A stretch of 64,000 nucleotides of DNA, from contig JBCCQY010000004.1 in NCBI GenBank assembly GCA_039208735.1, forward strand, positions 32,001 through 96,000. The letters are read 5' to 3'. Every line of letters starts with the position of its first letter. Position 1 is the first letter of the stretch. Below the pieces are notes generated by a model. The model searched no databases and was not told where the DNA came from. It saw only the letters and a list, made by a program, of their open reading frames with translations. Of this stretch, positions 9,013 through 20,645 are shown one piece after another. The position numbers were made by a program, and so were the translations under genes. The DNA is from Myxococcota bacterium. GTDB taxonomy: Bacteria > Myxococcota_A > UBA796 > GCA-2862545.

Positions 9013-9675
9013 TCAGTTCACGAATCCGAAGAAGATGGCCGAGACGATGGCGGTGTTCCCGGCGAAGACGATGACAGCGATGGTGAGGGCCAAGCCCTTG
9101 CTCCACGACTCGTAGCGAACCGGCAAACCAAGGGTCTGCAGGGCCGACGAAATGCCATGGAAGAGGTGCAGACCCAAGGCGACTTGCGCCACCTCGTAGA
9201 TCCCGGCGTTCACCGGGTTCTGCAGTCCAACGACGAGGTTGTGGTAGACGTCGCCGCGAATGAAGTTCTCATGCACGTGCCCGGTCGTGAAGTGCAGCAA
9301 GTGGTAGACGACGTAGAGGAGCAGGACCGGCCCGCCATAGCGCATGGTTATCGCGGCGTAGTTGGTCCGCTGGTTCTTCCGACCCCCTTGGTACCGGGTC
9401 GCGCGGGCGGAAATGTGAGAGCGCGTGACGCCGACCATGGCCCACACGTGGGCGACCAGTGCGCCCAGCATCACCGCCCGAACCGCCCAAACGGCACCGT
9501 GCGTGCCTTCTTGGATCAACCAACCGTAGTCGTTGATGGCTTTCGACCCCTGAAACACCAGGAGGTTGCCAATCATGTGGAAGAAGACGAAGCCGACCAT
9601 CATGGCGCCCGTGACGGCCATCACGATCTTCTTGCCAACCGAGTTTTGGATCAAGACCTGCCGAGTTTGAACCAC
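9013..9675 (-). CDS. sdhC: Succinate dehydrogenase cytochrome b subunit (b558 family)
   Basis: [18 protein letters not shown], five TM helices with heme-ligating His residues; first gene of sdhCAB. Confidence 0.93.
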   Translation of the reverse strand: MVQTRQVLIQNSVGKKIVMAVTGAMMVGFVFFHMIGNLLVFQGSKAINDYGWLIQEGTHGAVWAVRAVMLGALVAHVWAMVGVTRSHISARATRYQGGRKNQRTNYAAITMRYGGPVLLLYVVYHLLHFTTGHVHENFIRGDVYHNLVVGLQNPVNAGIYEVAQVALGLHLFHGISSALQTLGLPVRYESWSKGLALTIAVIVFAGNTAIVSAIFFGFVN

Positions 9676-9896
9676 CGATGACTCCTCGAACTCGTCGCCC
9701 CTATGGGCGTTCGGTGTAGCGGCTGCCTAACCCGACCCATTCGCGGCTAGACCCCGGTTTGCTCCGCCAGCCCCGCGAAGGGCCGTCAAGCAAGAACCGG
9801 GATTTTTCCCTGATACTTCACCCGTATTGAGTGAACGGCTTTTCGACCAGGTTTTGGGTTATCTGAGGGGCTAGGTTCGGCGAATCTCTCGCTCGT

Positions 9897-10730
9897 TTAG
9901 GCAGATTCGGAAACCTGTTCAGTCGCCCACGTCTTCGCGAGCGCGGGCAGGGCGACGCCGAGTGGGGCTTCGACCTTCACACGGGCCAGGCGGTCGGCAC
10001 GTGTCTGGCCGAGATTGATGATTCCAACAGGCTTGTCTTGAGAGAGTGCCCGCTTGACGAATCGATACCCAGAGAACACGGTTAGCGACGAGCCCACAAC
10101 CAACAGTCCATCTGCTTCGTCGACCCATTGGTACGCTTCATCGACCCGCTCCCGGGGGACTGTCCCGCCGAAGAAGACCATGTCGGGCATGAGAGTGCCG
10201 CCGCAATGCGCGCAATCGACAACCTGGAAATCGTCGACTGAGGTGACGTCCGCATCCCCATCCGCCAACAGGATGGGCGCGGGGTTGGCGGTGGGATTTG
10301 CTTTGGCAAACCTTGCTTGTAGTGAGGAGCGTGACGTCACACTCCCGCAGTCCAGGCACCGCACTCGTCGGAGGGCGCCGTGCAACTCTATGATGCGCTG
10401 GGATTCAGCGGCATGGTGCAGCCCGTCTACGTTTTGAGTGATGATCCCGGAGAGCTTTCCCCGGGCCTCGAGTTCAGCGAGGGTGTGGTGCGCCACGTTG
10501 GGGGTGGTGGCGGCCATCAACGGCCAGCCTCGGAACGACCGGGCCCAGTAGCGGCGGCGGGTGAGTGGGTCTTGAACGAAGGCGAGATGCTGAGCCGGAT
10601 TGCGGGCGCGTCGCGCCGTCCCTTCGCCTCGATAGTCGGGAATTCCAGAGTCGGTGCTACAACCGGCCCCCACCAGGGCCACGACCCGGCCCGGAAGGCT
10701 CCGGGCGAGTTCGATGATCGCTTGTTCCAT
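9897..10730 (-). CDS. cobB: NAD-dependent protein deacylase, Sir2 family (class II / SIRT4-like)
   Basis: GAGCSTDSGIPDYRG, RRRYWARS, ITQNVDGLH, ELHG, two CxxC pairs and GSSLTVFSGYRF. Confidence 0.92.
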   Translation of the reverse strand: MEQAIIELARSLPGRVVALVGAGCSTDSGIPDYRGEGTARRARNPAQHLAFVQDPLTRRRYWARSFRGWPLMAATTPNVAHHTLAELEARGKLSGIITQNVDGLHHAAESQRIIELHGALRRVRCLDCGSVTSRSSLQARFAKANPTANPAPILLADGDADVTSVDDFQVVDCAHCGGTLMPDMVFFGGTVPRERVDEAYQWVDEADGLLVVGSSLTVFSGYRFVKRALSQDKPVGIINLGQTRADRLARVKVEAPLGVALPALAKTWATEQVSESA

Positions 10731-10746
10731 GGGTGGCGTTGTAGCC

Positions 10747-11247
10747 TCAGAGGCCCGGCATGGTGACGGGGCTGGTGTGCGGTCCGGGGTCGGGGGGAAC
10801 CACGATGAGCGCGACCACAGAAAGGATCAGGACAACCGCCCAAATCAGGGCCAGCGGGTTCATCGTGATGAGCCCCGGGAGTCCGAACACGAGCGCCATC
10901 CCAATTTGGATCATGGCCGCCGTCCGAAGCCCCCATACGCGCCCTGCAAGGCCCCGGAGGGCAGCGAACAAGCCGAAGCCCCCGCCGACCAGGTTTACCG
11001 ACGCGACGACGCTCATCGCGGCCAGTGCGAGCACGTAGAGCCCTCCGCCGCTCATGAGCACCTCACGGGGGATTTCGACCTCCATCACGGTCGTCGCGAG
11101 CGCGGCGCCTCCAAGCCCGGCCACGCCGAGCACGACACCAAAGAGCAGGATGACAAACCATAGCAGGCCCATGCCCCCAACGAGTACGCTTCCGCACAAC
11201 AGACACAGGCTGGCCACGGACATCCGACGCTGCATGGGACCTCTCAA
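10747..11247 (-). CDS. Hypothetical integral membrane protein
   Basis: About four hydrophobic segments; fills the gap between co-oriented genes. Confidence 0.65.
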   Translation of the reverse strand: MRGPMQRRMSVASLCLLCGSVLVGGMGLLWFVILLFGVVLGVAGLGGAALATTVMEVEIPREVLMSGGGLYVLALAAMSVVASVNLVGGGFGLFAALRGLAGRVWGLRTAAMIQIGMALVFGLPGLITMNPLALIWAVVLILSVVALIVVPPDPGPHTSPVTMPGL

Positions 11248-11290
11248 CCTTGATTTGCCGTGCAGCTACGCGGTTGTCCAGCAGTCTTGA

Positions 11291-11986
11291 TCACCAAAGT
11301 CCCCGCCCTTCGAGCCAGCGAACCTCATCGTCCATGGGCTCTCGCCAGGCTCCACTTGGCAATTCGCCCAGTGTGAACGGCCCAAAGGCGAGCCGGGCCA
11401 AGTCGATGACCGGATGGCCGGCATTGGCGAGCATTCGCCGGACCATCCGATGCTTTCCTTCGCGGACGGTCAGGGTGACGACATCGCCGTCCAAGGACAC
11501 CCCTTCGGCGGTGAAGACGCCAGCGGCGGTCGCGACGCCTCCGGCTAGGATCGAAGGGAGGTCCGGGGTGGGAGCTGGGTCGACGCGGGCCCGATACGTT
11601 CGCGGAACCTCTCGTTTGGGGTGTAAGAGGTGCTGGGTGACGGCCCCGTCCCTGGCGAAGAGGAGCAGGCCCGAAGTGGGAGCGTCCAGTCGTCCGACGG
11701 GATGAAGCTGCCATGTGAGCAGCTCGGCGACCTCGGATTCAAGGTTGCGGCGGCCCAGGCCGTCACCGACGGTGCAATGCACCCCAGGGGGCTTGTGCCA
11801 CACCAACAGTCGCGGTGGAGGGACCAGCGGTTCACCGTCCAAGGCCACCGCAGCCGATTCGTTGACCCGCTCCCGAGGTTGTCGAACCGGATGCCCATCG
11901 ACGGTGACCCGACCTCGGCGAATCGCACGGCCCGCGTCGCGCCTCGACCATCCGGTTCGCTGGGCCACGAGCTTGTCCAGCATCAT
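11291..11986 (-). CDS. rRNA pseudouridine synthase (RsuA/RluB family) with S4 domain
   Basis: SRR..GRVTVDG S4 domain, HKPPG, HPVGRLD..TSGLLL and EGKHRMVRRM. Confidence 0.93.
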   Translation of the reverse strand: MMLDKLVAQRTGWSRRDAGRAIRRGRVTVDGHPVRQPRERVNESAAVALDGEPLVPPPRLLVWHKPPGVHCTVGDGLGRRNLESEVAELLTWQLHPVGRLDAPTSGLLLFARDGAVTQHLLHPKREVPRTYRARVDPAPTPDLPSILAGGVATAAGVFTAEGVSLDGDVVTLTVREGKHRMVRRMLANAGHPVIDLARLAFGPFTLGELPSGAWREPMDDEVRWLEGRGLW

Positions 11987-12729
11987 CGTCGGGCCTGGTG
12001 CACGTGGTCACGGCAGCGCGCGAGCCATGCGCCGATGTGGGCTCGCTCGAACGCCTGAGCCCGGTCGTGGTCGGGATGGCCATGTTCCGCGATGCGGAAC
12101 TCCCGGTTGTGGATCTGCCGACGGCCCGTCCTTCCGGTTTGAGGCGGGTACTGCAGGTGAAGGACTTCGTGAAACACGATAAAGCCAATGAACCAGCCCG
12201 GGACGCTCGCATCGTCGAGCACCGGGTGAATCCGGATGCGAGGGGGAAGGCAACTTCCAAGCTTCAGGCTTCGCGTGGGAGCGACGCGCGGCCAATCGCC
12301 CCATTCGACGAACACTTCGGGAGGGCACGCGGGCCACCGTTCGCGCTCCCGGGCGAGCCACGGCTCAAGATCGTGGACGTGGCCCTGGGCTCCACGTTTG
12401 CGAGCGAGAGGGGCGTTGGGCGGGCCCGAGGAGGCTCCGGGCAGGAGGCTGCGGAGCCGTTCGATGGCTCCTGGCTCCTGGTCCAGCCAGGCGATGACGT
12501 CGTCGGGATGGGGCAACAGGGCCCAGTGCACCGACATCTCGACCACGCCGTTTCGCTTGCGCCACCACAACACCCGCTGCCGATTGGCGTTCACGATGAT
12601 TTGGCAGGGGGCATCGAGGCGTGCTCCGACGGTGTGGCCAAGCGCCGCGGCGGCATCATAGGCCGCGGTCGCTCCCACCTCGGCCGGCAGCGAGCCTCGA
12701 AAGCGGACCTCGACGGTCGGTCGGCTCAA
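11983..12729 (-). CDS. SprT/YgjP(M48)-like zinc metalloprotein
   Basis: [13 protein letters not shown] and FIVFHEVLH (HExxH) with a downstream H. TTG start overlaps the tkt stop. Confidence 0.75.
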   Translation of the reverse strand: MSRPTVEVRFRGSLPAEVGATAAYDAAAALGHTVGARLDAPCQIIVNANRQRVLWWRKRNGVVEMSVHWALLPHPDDVIAWLDQEPGAIERLRSLLPGASSGPPNAPLARKRGAQGHVHDLEPWLARERERWPACPPEVFVEWGDWPRVAPTRSLKLGSCLPPRIRIHPVLDDASVPGWFIGFIVFHEVLHLQYPPQTGRTGRRQIHNREFRIAEHGHPDHDRAQAFERAHIGAWLARCRDHVHQARR

Positions 12730-14693
12730 CGGCCCTCGACAAGCGCTGCTGCGTCGGATGCCACCCGTTCGGCGGTGAAGCCAAACTTCTCGGCGAGCAC
12801 GTGGATGGGGGCCGATGCACCGTAGTGATCGATTCCAATCGCCAATCCATCGCTGCCGACGACCCGGTGCCATCCGAAGGTCGCCGCCGCTTCGACGCTG
12901 ACGCGAGGAACGCCGGCGGGGAACACCGAGGTCTGGTAGGCCTCATCTTGGTCGAAGAAGCGTTCGACGCACGGCATGCTGACCACGCGAGCGCGAATGC
13001 CGCGGGCGGTGAGAAGTTCCCGAGCGTCGCAGCACAGCGCGACTTCAGAGCCCGTGCCCACGAGCACCACCTGGGGGTCATCGGCGTCGACGAGGACGTA
13101 TCCACCTTTGGCCGCGGCCTCGGCCGGGGCGTGGGTCGTGCGGTCGATGATGGGCAACCCCTGACGAGTGAAGATCAAGGCAGTGGGCTTGTCCGTGTTG
13201 CGTAGGGCTTCGCGCCACGCAATGCACGTCTCGGTCGCTTCGGCCGGCCGCCAGGTCTCGATCCCCGGCAGCGCACGGAGGGCGGCAATGGTGGAGATGG
13301 GCTGGTGGGTTGGGCCGTCTTCGCCGAGGAAGATCGAATCGTGCGTATAGACGTGGATCACGGGCTGCTTCATGAGCGCCGAAAGCCGCACCGCCGGACG
13401 CTGGTAGTCGTGGAACACGAGGAAGGTGGCCCCGTAAACGCGCACGCCCCCGTGCAGCGTCATGCCGTTGAGGACCGCCCCCATTGCATGTTCGCGAACC
13501 CCAAAGTGGATGGAGCGCCCGCCGGCGAACTCCTGGGCCGAAAGCCACTTGGCACCGATGTTGGTGCCGTTGCTGCCCGCGAGGTCGGCCGAGCCCCCCA
13601 AGAAGAACGGAAGCCCTGCCGTGAGGGCCTTGAGGCACGCGGCGGAGGCTTTTCGGGTCGCGAGCTTGGTGCCCGCTTCGAAGGTGGGCCATTCCACGTT
13701 CGCGAGTGCCTTGTCGATGTCGGGTGATAGCCAGCTCTGGTACTCCGCGGCCCGCGCATGGTCGGAAAACCGTGCGTTCCAGGCCTCTCGAAGTTCGCGC
13801 GACGCGGCATCGCGGAAGGCCGCGGCGACGTCTTCGGGCACCACGAAGGTCGCGTCGGGGTCCATGCCCAGGCGTTCCTTGGTCTTGCGAACCTCGTCGG
13901 GACCAAGCGGCGAACCGTGGGTCTTCTCGGTGCCTTCGTAGGTCGGCGAGCCCTGACCAATCACGGTCCGGCAGGCGATGATCGAAGGGCGATCGGTTTC
14001 CGCGATCGCGGCTTCGATGGCGCTTGCGACAGCTTCAGGGTCGTGACCATCTACCCGCTGCGCGTGCCAACCCATGGCGGCGAGGCGTTGCGTGGCATCT
14101 TCCGTAAACGCGACTTCGGTAGAACCGTCAATGCTGATGCCGTTGTCGTCGTAGAGGAGCACCAAGCGTCCCAACCGCAGGTGGCCGGCCATGGAGCCTG
14201 CTTCCGACGAAATCCCCTCCATCAGGTCACCGTCGCTCACGATGCCGAACACGCGGTGGTCGCACAGTTCGGTCCCGAAGGTCTCGCGGAGCAGTCGTTC
14301 CGCCATCGCCATGCCTACCGCGTTGGCGAAGCCCTGGCCGAGCGGTCCGGTGGTGGTCTCAATCCCTGGCGTTTCGCCATACTCGGGGTGGCCCGGGGTC
14401 TTGCTGTGGAACTGGCGAAACTGCTTGAGATCTTCGAGCGAAAGGTCGTAGCCCGACAGATGTAGCAGTGCGTACTGCAGCATCGATCCATGACCGGCCG
14501 ACAGCACGAAGCGGTCGCGGTCTGGCCAATCGGGGGCGGCCGGGTCGAAGCGCAGGAACCGCGTCCATAAGACGATTGCAGCATCGGCCATGCCCATGGG
14601 CATGCCGGGGTGTCCCGACTTCGCGGCCTCGACCGCATCCATCGCGAGGCCTTTGATGGTGTTGGCACAGCGACGGTGCAACTCGGCGTCCAA
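12726..14693 (-). CDS. tkt: Transketolase
   Basis: [44 protein letters not shown] and [16 protein letters not shown]. Confidence 0.98.
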   Translation of the reverse strand: MDAELHRRCANTIKGLAMDAVEAAKSGHPGMPMGMADAAIVLWTRFLRFDPAAPDWPDRDRFVLSAGHGSMLQYALLHLSGYDLSLEDLKQFRQFHSKTPGHPEYGETPGIETTTGPLGQGFANAVGMAMAERLLRETFGTELCDHRVFGIVSDGDLMEGISSEAGSMAGHLRLGRLVLLYDDNGISIDGSTEVAFTEDATQRLAAMGWHAQRVDGHDPEAVASAIEAAIAETDRPSIIACRTVIGQGSPTYEGTEKTHGSPLGPDEVRKTKERLGMDPDATFVVPEDVAAAFRDAASRELREAWNARFSDHARAAEYQSWLSPDIDKALANVEWPTFEAGTKLATRKASAACLKALTAGLPFFLGGSADLAGSNGTNIGAKWLSAQEFAGGRSIHFGVREHAMGAVLNGMTLHGGVRVYGATFLVFHDYQRPAVRLSALMKQPVIHVYTHDSIFLGEDGPTHQPISTIAALRALPGIETWRPAEATETCIAWREALRNTDKPTALIFTRQGLPIIDRTTHAPAEAAAKGGYVLVDADDPQVVLVGTGSEVALCCDARELLTARGIRARVVSMPCVERFFDQDEAYQTSVFPAGVPRVSVEAAATFGWHRVVGSDGLAIGIDHYGASAPIHVLAEKFGFTAERVASDAAALVEGR

Positions 14694-14752
14694 GCTTCCT
14701 CCAGGGCTACGTGACTACCCTACCTTGCCCACGCGACCCTGCCGGTCGGTGG

Positions 14753-17248
14753 TCATCGATCCTTGCGGCGGCGTCGTTTCCGACTCTTCTTGTCGTCGTC
14801 CGAGGAGCCCTCTTCCTCGGTGTCGTCGCCGTCTCCCTTGCCAAAGAGGTTCCGGAAGAATTTGCCGATCTGGGCTCCCGCACCTCCGTGAACCTCACAC
14901 TTTTGATCGGGCTGGTCGCCGGCGTAGAACAGCTCGGTGGTTGTTTCGGAGCAGCGGGCCCGCGAACGCTGGCTGCTCTCGATGCACAGCTCCACTTCAC
15001 GAAGGCCCTCGGGACGCGGGAAGACGCCCTTGATGGTGCCCGTTGCGGCCATGTACCGAGCCCAGGTGGGCAATGCGGCTCGGCCTCCGGAGAGTCCTAG
15101 GTTCTCGCCCTTGTCTTTGCCCACCCACACCGCGGTCGACAGCTCCGGAGACAGGCCCACGAACCAGGCGTCGCGGTACTCGTCGGTGGTCCCCGTCTTG
15201 CCGCCCGCGGGGTGGCCGACGCCAAAATTGGACGCGGCGCGCCCCGTGCCATTGGAGACGACGCTTTGTAGCAGGTGCATGGCCTGGGCAGCGGCTCGGG
15301 GGTCTACCACCATGCGCTCGTTGGAGCGGACTTCGAGGGCCCACTCGCCGTCCGCCGTGCGCACCGCGGTGACGATCTCGGGCCGATGGGCCACGCCAGA
15401 GTGGAAGAGGGTGTAGGCGCCCGCTACTTCGAGCGGGGAGGCTTCGAACGCGCCGAGCGCCGCTGAGGGCAGGCCGTGGGCTTTGGTGAGGCCTGTCGAC
15501 AGCAGAAACCGCTTGAGCTTGCCGAGCCCCACGCGTTCGGCAAGGTGCACCGAAGGGATGTTTCGACTGGCCTCGATCGCGCGGCGCACCGTGACTTCAC
15601 CTTCGTATTTGCCGTCGTAGTTTCGCGGGGTCCACGATTCACCGCCCAGGTCAACGGTGATGGGTTCGTCAGGTAGGCGGGTGGCGGGATTGGCTACATG
15701 ATCGGTGTAGGCCTTGGCGACGGTCAGCGGCTTCACCGTGGAGCCAATCTGGCGATAGCCGTCGACCGCGCGATTGAAGGCGCTTTCGGCATAGTCTCGT
15801 CCCCCCACCAACGCGACGACCTGGCCGGTGTCGATGCGGACCGAAGCCAGGCCCACCTGCGCTCCCCGTGCCTTGTCGTAGGCCTTTTCGAGCGCTTCCA
15901 TCGACAACGCCACGGCCTCCTCGGCCGCACGCTGATAGAGCGGGTGGATCGTCGTATACACGTCGAGACCCCGCGAGAACACGCCCTGGCCGAGTTCTTC
16001 TTCGACCCGCTCGATGGCCGCATCGACGGCGTAGGGGGCCGAACGGACTTGACTCGGGGCAAGCCCGTCGATCACGACGTCTTCACCCTTGGCCCGCTCG
16101 GCGGCGGACGACTCGAGCTTGCCCACGCTCACCATCTGGGTCAGCACCAGATCCCGACGTTCCTTGGCGACTTCAGCGTGGCGAAGCGGCGAGTAGGAGT
16201 TTGGCGAAGGGATGACGCCCACGATGGTTGCCGACTGGGCGAGGGTGAGCTTGCCTGCACTCGTGCCGAACCAGGCCTTTGCCGCCTGCTCGACGCCGTA
16301 CAGGGGCAACCCTCCCATCTGACCGAGGTAGACCTCGGACAGGTACAACTCGAGGATTTCATCCTTGGAGAGTTGCTGTTCGAGGGCGGCCGCGAAGAAG
16401 ACCTCCCGAACCTTGCGGCGTAGCGTACGGTCGTGAGAAAGAAACAGGTTTTTCGCGAGCTGCTGGGTCAGGGTGGACCCGCCCTGCGTCTTGGAACGGG
16501 TGAGGTTTGACCACAGGGCTCGGACAATCCCGGCCAAATCGATGCCGCTATGTTCCCGAAAGCGCTGGTCCTCCATCGACAACAGCGCGGGCTCAATCCA
16601 CTCCGCCATCTGGTCGAGTTTGACGGGCGTACGCTGCTGATCGGGATTGCCGATGCGGGCGAGCCGCGTGGGGGGCAGGACGATTCCGCCCCCACGTGAC
16701 ACCGAGATGACCCGCCGATCCCGGACTTCGAGTCGGCTGCGGCCCTCGGTGATGGGAGGACCCTGGCCGATGGACTGTCCCGAGAACGTCCAGATGTCGA
16801 AGCGCCCCCCCGATAGCGAGAACATGCCGGTTCCATCTCCATCGCCGGGCTTGTCGAGCACGTTGTCGACGCGTTCGTAGCCGGCGGCCAGCAGGTCCCG
16901 GGAGAGCGCCTCGGGGTCGACCGGCATGTCGGGTTCAATGGTGATGGGGGCCGACCACACGGTCGATGGCACTTCAGAGGGTGGAGAGGCGAGGTAGGCG
17001 GCGACGTCGCGCTGGGCCTGCGACCACAGCAGGAACGCGGTGAGTGAAAGGCCGGCCAGAATGCCGCCACCCCAGACGAAGAGTTCGAGGACGATGGCGC
17101 CGGCCGACGGACCGTTCGAGGGCCGCGCGAGTCGCTGGCTGTGCACGGTGTGGCGGGCTTTGGGCGGACGCGGAGGACGTTGCGAGACCTTCGGGGGGCG
17201 CGGCCGAGAGCGCCGGGAGCGCGAAGGCGGCTTTCGATTCGAGGGCAT
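14753..17248 (-). CDS. mrcB: Bifunctional transglycosylase/transpeptidase, PBP1B-like
   Basis: N-terminal TM and UB2H-like region, EDQRF, GGSTLTQQLAKN, RKVRE, SxxK (GSTVKP), SxN (SRN) and KTG. Confidence 0.9.
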   Translation of the reverse strand: MPSNRKPPSRSRRSRPRPPKVSQRPPRPPKARHTVHSQRLARPSNGPSAGAIVLELFVWGGGILAGLSLTAFLLWSQAQRDVAAYLASPPSEVPSTVWSAPITIEPDMPVDPEALSRDLLAAGYERVDNVLDKPGDGDGTGMFSLSGGRFDIWTFSGQSIGQGPPITEGRSRLEVRDRRVISVSRGGGIVLPPTRLARIGNPDQQRTPVKLDQMAEWIEPALLSMEDQRFREHSGIDLAGIVRALWSNLTRSKTQGGSTLTQQLAKNLFLSHDRTLRRKVREVFFAAALEQQLSKDEILELYLSEVYLGQMGGLPLYGVEQAAKAWFGTSAGKLTLAQSATIVGVIPSPNSYSPLRHAEVAKERRDLVLTQMVSVGKLESSAAERAKGEDVVIDGLAPSQVRSAPYAVDAAIERVEEELGQGVFSRGLDVYTTIHPLYQRAAEEAVALSMEALEKAYDKARGAQVGLASVRIDTGQVVALVGGRDYAESAFNRAVDGYRQIGSTVKPLTVAKAYTDHVANPATRLPDEPITVDLGGESWTPRNYDGKYEGEVTVRRAIEASRNIPSVHLAERVGLGKLKRFLLSTGLTKAHGLPSAALGAFEASPLEVAGAYTLFHSGVAHRPEIVTAVRTADGEWALEVRSNERMVVDPRAAAQAMHLLQSVVSNGTGRAASNFGVGHPAGGKTGTTDEYRDAWFVGLSPELSTAVWVGKDKGENLGLSGGRAALPTWARYMAATGTIKGVFPRPEGLREVELCIESSQRSRARCSETTTELFYAGDQPDQKCEVHGGAGAQIGKFFRNLFGKGDGDDTEEEGSSDDDKKSRKRRRRKDR

Positions 17249-17307
17249 GCCGGTCCTGGGGAGGCAGTCGCCGATCCCTTACCCCGCTGGCCTACTCACC
17301 AACGTGT

Positions 17308-19149
17308 TCAGGGTTGAACCTTGGCTCTCGCGGATGCTTCCAGGACCCCATGAGGAGCGAAGGAAACCCACTCCCCATCGGGCAACGCACGCAGGACCTG
17401 ATGCTCCTTGCCCCACATGTCGATTTCGAGAATGGCCGCGCCCCGGGCAGGCTGAAGAATGCGCCCTGTCTCAGCGTCGACCCAGGCGTACGGCAGCAAA
17501 TCCGATACTTCGTTCACGACTTCGCCGGTGGTTAGGTCGACGTAGATGACCGAGGCGGTGCCATTTTCAGGCACTTGGAACCGCAAGGCGGCGTATTGGC
17601 CACCGGTGATGCCCCACAATCGGTCCACGTCGATCTTGAGGTCAAGGACATCGCGGCCCTCGGCGGGAATGCCCTGGTTCACCGATACCGAAAGGTCGTA
17701 GATGCCGAGAACGCCCTGTTCATCAAGCACGATGAGGTCGGGCCGTCGGTTCACGAACGTGACGAGCCGAACCGGCACTTCCGCGAGGGGACGAGGGGCC
17801 GAAATGGCGTCTTCTCCTGTGGAGGGATCGAGAACGCGCACCTGGCCGCGTGGGGTGACCACCGCCAACCAGGTTCCCGAGCCCGACAAGGCGAAGGTGT
17901 TCACCCAATCGAGTTCGAATGCACTGTTTTCGGCTAGGTCGAACCAGCGCAACCCGCCACGGCTCCGCATACAGGCCAAGATCCTTCCGCCCACTTCCAT
18001 CTTGGGGGTGTCGGCGGTGTCGGGACCGGCCCCGAAAAGGTGGCGACCGGTGCGGGCCTCAAAGGCTTGCACCCCTTCGCCATCGTCGGACAGAGCGGCC
18101 ACCAAGCGCCCATCCCGATCGATCCGCACTTCGACGAACGGCTGCTTGACCAGGAAGGGGACGCGCTGGCGCCCCTTCGTCCACACCGCCATGCGGTCGC
18201 CGTGGACGGCCACGCGGTGGTCGCCAAATCCCGTGCAGCACAGGACGGGGCCAAGGGTTGGCTTGCTTCCTGGGCGATGGAGCACGCCATCTTCGCCCCC
18301 CACGACCACGCCACGGTGGTCCCAGAACGAGGCGTACGTGGGTTTTTTGGCCCCATGTTTCTCGGAGCCCTTGGGTTCGAGGCCGGGGAGCCGGAACGTG
18401 TGGACGGACCGGCCGGTGACGGCGGCCACCGCGTGGTCGTCGGGCGACACCGCCAACGTGAGAATGCCCGATGAACTGGAGGCCGAAAACGACTGCTGGA
18501 TGCGGCCTTCCATGGTGTCGAACAGCGTGATGCCTCGATCGCCCAGGGCCGCAATGCCTCGGCCGTTCTGGATGAAGCGTGCGGTGTGGATGTCCATGGG
18601 CAGATCTTCAAGGTCGATCTGCGCCTGCTCGAGCAGGTCGAGCAGCTTGGGCTGGCCGTTCTCGTCGACGACGAGCAGCCGGTCCCCTTCGGGGTGAAAC
18701 TCGATGGTTCGGCCGCCAAAACCCTGATAGTTCGCGAGGCGATCCCAACGTTCGAGGTCGTAAATGCGGATGATGCCATCGGCCGCGAGCGCGGCCAGGA
18801 TCGTCCCGCTCGGGTTGAACGCCAGAGCCCGCATGGCCCGAGCCCGACCGGCGGGTCCCTCTTTGAGGTCCTCAAAGGCGCAGGATCCATCGAAGGTCTT
18901 GTAGACGGCTACCGTGCCATCGTCGTCGCCGACCGCGACGAGGTCCCCGCCAATGCTGACGGCGGCGGCTCCTAAGACGGGCGCTCCCATACCGAAGATT
19001 AGCGAGGGAAAATCGTCGTCTGGGGCGGTGATCGCAACGGTACCCAAATCATCGGCGGTCACGAGGGCGCCGGACGTGGGGTCGTAAGCGGCCGCCGTCA
19101 AAGGGCCGGTGTGCGGTGAGGCGCAATAGCGGTCAACGAGCGAGGACAC
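17308..19149 (-). CDS. WD40/beta-propeller repeat protein
   Basis: Repeated units such as ALAFNPSG..LAA..DGIIRIYD and LAVSPDD. GTG start at 19149 with RBS GGAGAG. Confidence 0.8.
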   Translation of the reverse strand: MSSLVDRYCASPHTGPLTAAAYDPTSGALVTADDLGTVAITAPDDDFPSLIFGMGAPVLGAAAVSIGGDLVAVGDDDGTVAVYKTFDGSCAFEDLKEGPAGRARAMRALAFNPSGTILAALAADGIIRIYDLERWDRLANYQGFGGRTIEFHPEGDRLLVVDENGQPKLLDLLEQAQIDLEDLPMDIHTARFIQNGRGIAALGDRGITLFDTMEGRIQQSFSASSSSGILTLAVSPDDHAVAAVTGRSVHTFRLPGLEPKGSEKHGAKKPTYASFWDHRGVVVGGEDGVLHRPGSKPTLGPVLCCTGFGDHRVAVHGDRMAVWTKGRQRVPFLVKQPFVEVRIDRDGRLVAALSDDGEGVQAFEARTGRHLFGAGPDTADTPKMEVGGRILACMRSRGGLRWFDLAENSAFELDWVNTFALSGSGTWLAVVTPRGQVRVLDPSTGEDAISAPRPLAEVPVRLVTFVNRRPDLIVLDEQGVLGIYDLSVSVNQGIPAEGRDVLDLKIDVDRLWGITGGQYAALRFQVPENGTASVIYVDLTTGEVVNEVSDLLPYAWVDAETGRILQPARGAAILEIDMWGKEHQVLRALPDGEWVSFAPHGVLEASARAKVQP

Positions 19150-19193
19150 GGTGCTCTCCGCGGAGAAGCCGCAGGAAGGCCGTGTCTTAACCG

Positions 19194-19898
19194 CTACTCG
19201 GCCGGAGGTTCGGCTCGTCCTGAAACGTCCACCATGTCGATGCCCTGGTATTCCTGGGAATAGGCCACGAATCTCCACCCATCGCACGACAGCCCATCGT
19301 CTCGGTACAACGCAAGACCTGGCTCGAGGCGTGCCCATCGGCACCACGGGGCCTCATTGACGAAGCCCTGCGCTTCGGACAGCACGTTTATGCCACGTGG
19401 AGCGTCGACGATAGCGAGCACATGGCCCGTGCTGGCCGCGCGCGCGGAGTGTGGGAGGGGCCCGAAGATCCCAGACGTGTCGCCAACCGTGCCGAGCGAC
19501 CACAACAACAGCGCCGTCGCATCGAGCGGGGGCGGGGTTTCGGCGTACATCACGGGCAGCCCAAAGGCGATCCGAGACCCCTCGGCCCGGAGTTCGAGAG
19601 GGGCCGGGCCCACCCCTTGGGTGTCGGACAACGGTGGAGGCCCTTCGATCGCCATCGCGTACCCAAAGAGGCGAGGTTCGATGTCGGCGGACTGCCACTG
19701 GACGCCCATCTCGTCGTCCGAGATCACCAACCAGGCGACGCCCCCGCGAAACGTGGCCGGGTCTTCGTCTCCATCGAGCAGCGTGCTGTCGAGCCGGCCC
19801 GACAGCGCGAGAAACGGGCCGAAGTCATCGGCCGAACGAATGAGGGCTTGGTCACACCCCGTGGCGGTCAGCCACAAACCCAACCAGGCGGCACGCAT
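19194..19898 (-). CDS. Hypothetical lipoprotein, last gene of the ECF-caspase operon
   Basis: Signal MRAAWLGLWLTATGC; abuts the upstream stop codon. Confidence 0.75.
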   Translation of the reverse strand: MRAAWLGLWLTATGCDQALIRSADDFGPFLALSGRLDSTLLDGDEDPATFRGGVAWLVISDDEMGVQWQSADIEPRLFGYAMAIEGPPPLSDTQGVGPAPLELRAEGSRIAFGLPVMYAETPPPLDATALLLWSLGTVGDTSGIFGPLPHSARAASTGHVLAIVDAPRGINVLSEAQGFVNEAPWCRWARLEPGLALYRDDGLSCDGWRFVAYSQEYQGIDMVDVSGRAEPPAE

Positions 19899-20645
19899 TC
19901 AATCGACCTCCGTTTCGACCGCGGATTGGAGGTTGCTTAGGAACGTGTCGTAGTCGGGGTGTTCGGGTTCGATGATCCAAGGCACCTCGGCCGAAGCAGG
20001 CGGCATCATGCCGTCGAGCCACTGGTCGACCCGCAGACCCAGGCGCACCCGAGGGTCGGGGCCATCACCAAGCACCAAGCGTACGGGCTCCGAAACCAAC
20101 GACAGTGCGTCGGGCACCCGGAACTCGACCGTCCGCGACAGGGACGTCTCGTCGGTCGCGACGCAGGCGGTGGCCCGGGCGGCAAACACCGCCTCAGGTC
20201 CGACACTCGCGCCCACGAGTTCGAGGATCGAGGAGGGATAGTCCGCCAATTCGAGGTCCAGCACGATCTCGTCGTCGCTCGTGGCCGGCCCGACAAGGTC
20301 GAGCTGCCGATCGAGCGGCACCGTGAACGTGCGCTCGGTTTCGCCGGTGACGGTCAGCCGGAACTCCGTCAGCTGGAGGTCGACCGCCGTGAAATTTGCA
20401 CTTCGGAGGGGTAGCACGGCAACGTCACCATCCGGGTCGTCGTTGCTGTCCTGGTCGTCGTCGTCGTCGTCGTCCTGGTCGTCATCCCCGTTGCCCTCGG
20501 CGCAGGGATCGACCCCGGGATCTTCGGGTGGCTCGGCGATCACCACGCGAACGGCGAGGCCACCCCGACGAATCGGGGGCGTGAGGTCTGAGCCATCGTC
20601 GCCGGTGCAGGCCACGAAGAGTCCCCAGAAAAGCCACACCCTCAC
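19899..20645 (-). CDS. Hypothetical lipoprotein with an Asp-rich insert and beta-rich domain
   Basis: Signal MRVWLFWGLFVAC; GDDDQDDDDDDDQD tract; GTGA overlap with the caspase gene. Confidence 0.75.
   Translation of the reverse strand: MRVWLFWGLFVACTGDDGSDLTPPIRRGGLAVRVVIAEPPEDPGVDPCAEGNGDDDQDDDDDDDQDSNDDPDGDVAVLPLRSANFTAVDLQLTEFRLTVTGETERTFTVPLDRQLDLVGPATSDDEIVLDLELADYPSSILELVGASVGPEAVFAARATACVATDETSLSRTVEFRVPDALSLVSEPVRLVLGDGPDPRVRLGLRVDQWLDGMMPPASAEVPWIIEPEHPDYDTFLSNLQSAVETEVD

Noticed and set aside
9676..9896. Possible ncRNA or riboswitch upstream of sdhC
   Set aside because: No recognisable conserved RNA motif; only a weak TTCAC-N9-GTGAA palindrome.
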